Below are positions 62,739 through 64,000 of a DNA stretch of 64,000 nt, piece by piece. The notes below the pieces were generated by a model. The model ran no database searches. It saw only the letters and a list, made by a program, of their open reading frames with translations, and had not been told where the DNA came from. Every line of letters starts with the position of its first letter. Positions within the stretch are counted from its first letter, which is position 1. Origin of the DNA: Verrucomicrobiota bacterium (lineage in GTDB: Bacteria > Verrucomicrobiota > Verrucomicrobiia > Limisphaerales > AAA164-E04); NCBI GenBank assembly GCA_047947115.1, contig CP170459.1, positions 1,280,001 to 1,344,000 on the forward strand, written 5' to 3'. The translations under genes were made by a program, and so were the position numbers.

Positions 62739-63181
62739 TTCACCACCTGTTCGGCTGCACCGCACTAGAGGCACAGAGATTCGAGAGTGGAAAGAGAAGG
62801 CTAAAAGGAAGAGAGAGTTGATGTTTTATTTTGTAATGTTCTTTTGAACAGCCCAAAATAAAACATCAAAGCCTCAGCCCTGCGGGCGGCAGGGTAGATT
62901 AGATCGTCCCTGGTGCGCCATGATAGGTAGAGCGTAAAGTGTGTCCCGTCGACTGTGGAGTCACTGTCGCGCGGTCATCAACGCCAATCGTTACCAATAA
63001 CGTTTAAATCTGTAGAATAACCATCAGTAATCGAATCCTTTTTAGTGTGCAATCTTTACACTTTATTCGACGATTTGACTTAAATCCTCAAATAAAGTGA
63101 AAAACCCCTCAAGCTCGATACTTTTAATTTCTCTCTCGAATCTCTGTGTCCTCAATCCCGCGACTGCGGGAGGGTGGTGAA
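62739..63181. repeat. Composite inverted-repeat-bounded element, copy Y
   Basis: Ends ttcaccacc...agaggcacagagattcgagag and ctctcgaatctctgtg...gggtggtgaa; internal 50-nt hairpin at 62819-62868. Confidence 0.75.
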
Positions 63182-63237
63182 AAAAGCACCGCGCCTCTAG
63201 TCCCGCTTGCGGGACGAACGTGAGATCCTATTACACA

Positions 63238-64000
63238 ATGTCAACATACCTCGTCACCGGTGTTGCCGGATTTATCGCATCCAAAACAGCTGAGTTCCTC
63301 CTTAGTGAGGGGCATACAGTGGTAGGTGTGGATAATATGAATGATTACTACGATGTCCGACTCAAAGAGCATCGTTTGGAAAATCTGCAATCCCAGCCTA
63401 ATTTTATATTTCATCAGCTGGATATCGAATCACAAGCTGACCTTGATGACTTGTTCAAGCAACACATCTTCAACGGCGTCCTCAATCTCGCAGCAAGAGC
63501 GGGGGTACGATACAGCTTGGAAAACCCACACGTCTACATGACGACCAACGCAATGGGCACGCTTAACTTGCTCGAATGCATGCGTCATCATGATGTGGAG
63601 AAAATGGTTTTGGCTTCGACGTCCTCCCTTTACGCGGGGCAGCAGATGCCGTTTACGGAAAAACTTCCAGTAAATACTCCCATTTCTCCTTATGCAGCTT
63701 CTAAAAAGGCAGCAGAGGTGATGTGTTATTCCTATCACAATCTTTTTCAACTCGATATATCAGTTGTCCGGTATTTTACGGTTTTTGGACCCTGTGGCCG
63801 CCCCGATATGTCCATTTTTCGGTTCATTAAATGGATTGCCGAAGAAACGCCAATTGAGTTGTTTGGAGATGGATCGCAATCCAGAGATTTTACCTTTGTA
63901 GACGATATCGCCAAAGGAAGCATTGCAGCACTCAAACCAATAGGATATGAAATTTTTAATTTAGGTGGTGGGAACAATCCCATTTCGCTAAACCAGATTA
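63238..64000 (+). CDS. NAD-dependent epimerase (UDP-glucuronate 4-epimerase-like), runs off the window end
   Basis: Not in the ORF track; I translate MSTYLVTGVAGFIA...NLAARAGVRYSLENP...SPYAASKK...GRPDM. Confidence 0.9.
   Translation, partial: MSTYLVTGVAGFIASKTAEFLLSEGHTVVGVDNMNDYYDVRLKEHRLENLQSQPNFIFHQLDIESQADLDDLFKQHIFNGVLNLAARAGVRYSLENPHVYMTTNAMGTLNLLECMRHHDVEKMVLASTSSLYAGQQMPFTEKLPVNTPISPYAASKKAAEVMCYSYHNLFQLDISVVRYFTVFGPCGRPDMSIFRFIKWIAEETPIELFGDGSQSRDFTFVDDIAKGSIAALKPIGYEIFNLGGGNNPISLNQI

Noticed and set aside
61650..63240. Integron cassette array or attC sites
   Set aside because: The hairpins lack RYYYAAC/GTTRRRY ends and no integrase is present.

Overview
Bacterial chromosomal DNA, most likely Verrucomicrobiota (PVC superphylum). 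This is inferred from DUF1501/DUF1553 genes, PVC-type heme proteins, a prepilin/H-X9-DG protein and the S21 sequence. About 54 coding regions are recognisable. They include a polysaccharide export trio (beta-barrel, short OPX, Wzc) behind a candidate sigma54 promoter, metal-handling genes, and housekeeping genes (probable PPi-dependent PEPCK, UvrD/Rep, hpt, moaD/E, thiL-tsaE-tsaB-alr, fabI, rpsU, hrpB, ridA-rmuC-tcdA). There is also a LytS/LytTR system, several c-type cytochrome or dehydrogenase genes, and the start of a surface-polysaccharide locus at the right end. I saw no rRNA, tRNA, CRISPR array, integrase or transposase. The most unusual signal is non-coding. Several families of REP-like palindromes occur between genes, and a 14-17 nt TCCCG-N-CGGGA palindrome replaces a 7-nt segment in two unrelated repeat families. 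Two homologous ~370-440 bp elements with a covarying 50-nt hairpin flank a GbsR-like regulator, and a ~125 bp repeat lies upstream of two distant nucleotide-sugar genes. All three toxin-antitoxin modules appear to have lost a functional toxin. All calls are by-eye motif recognition; no searches were run.
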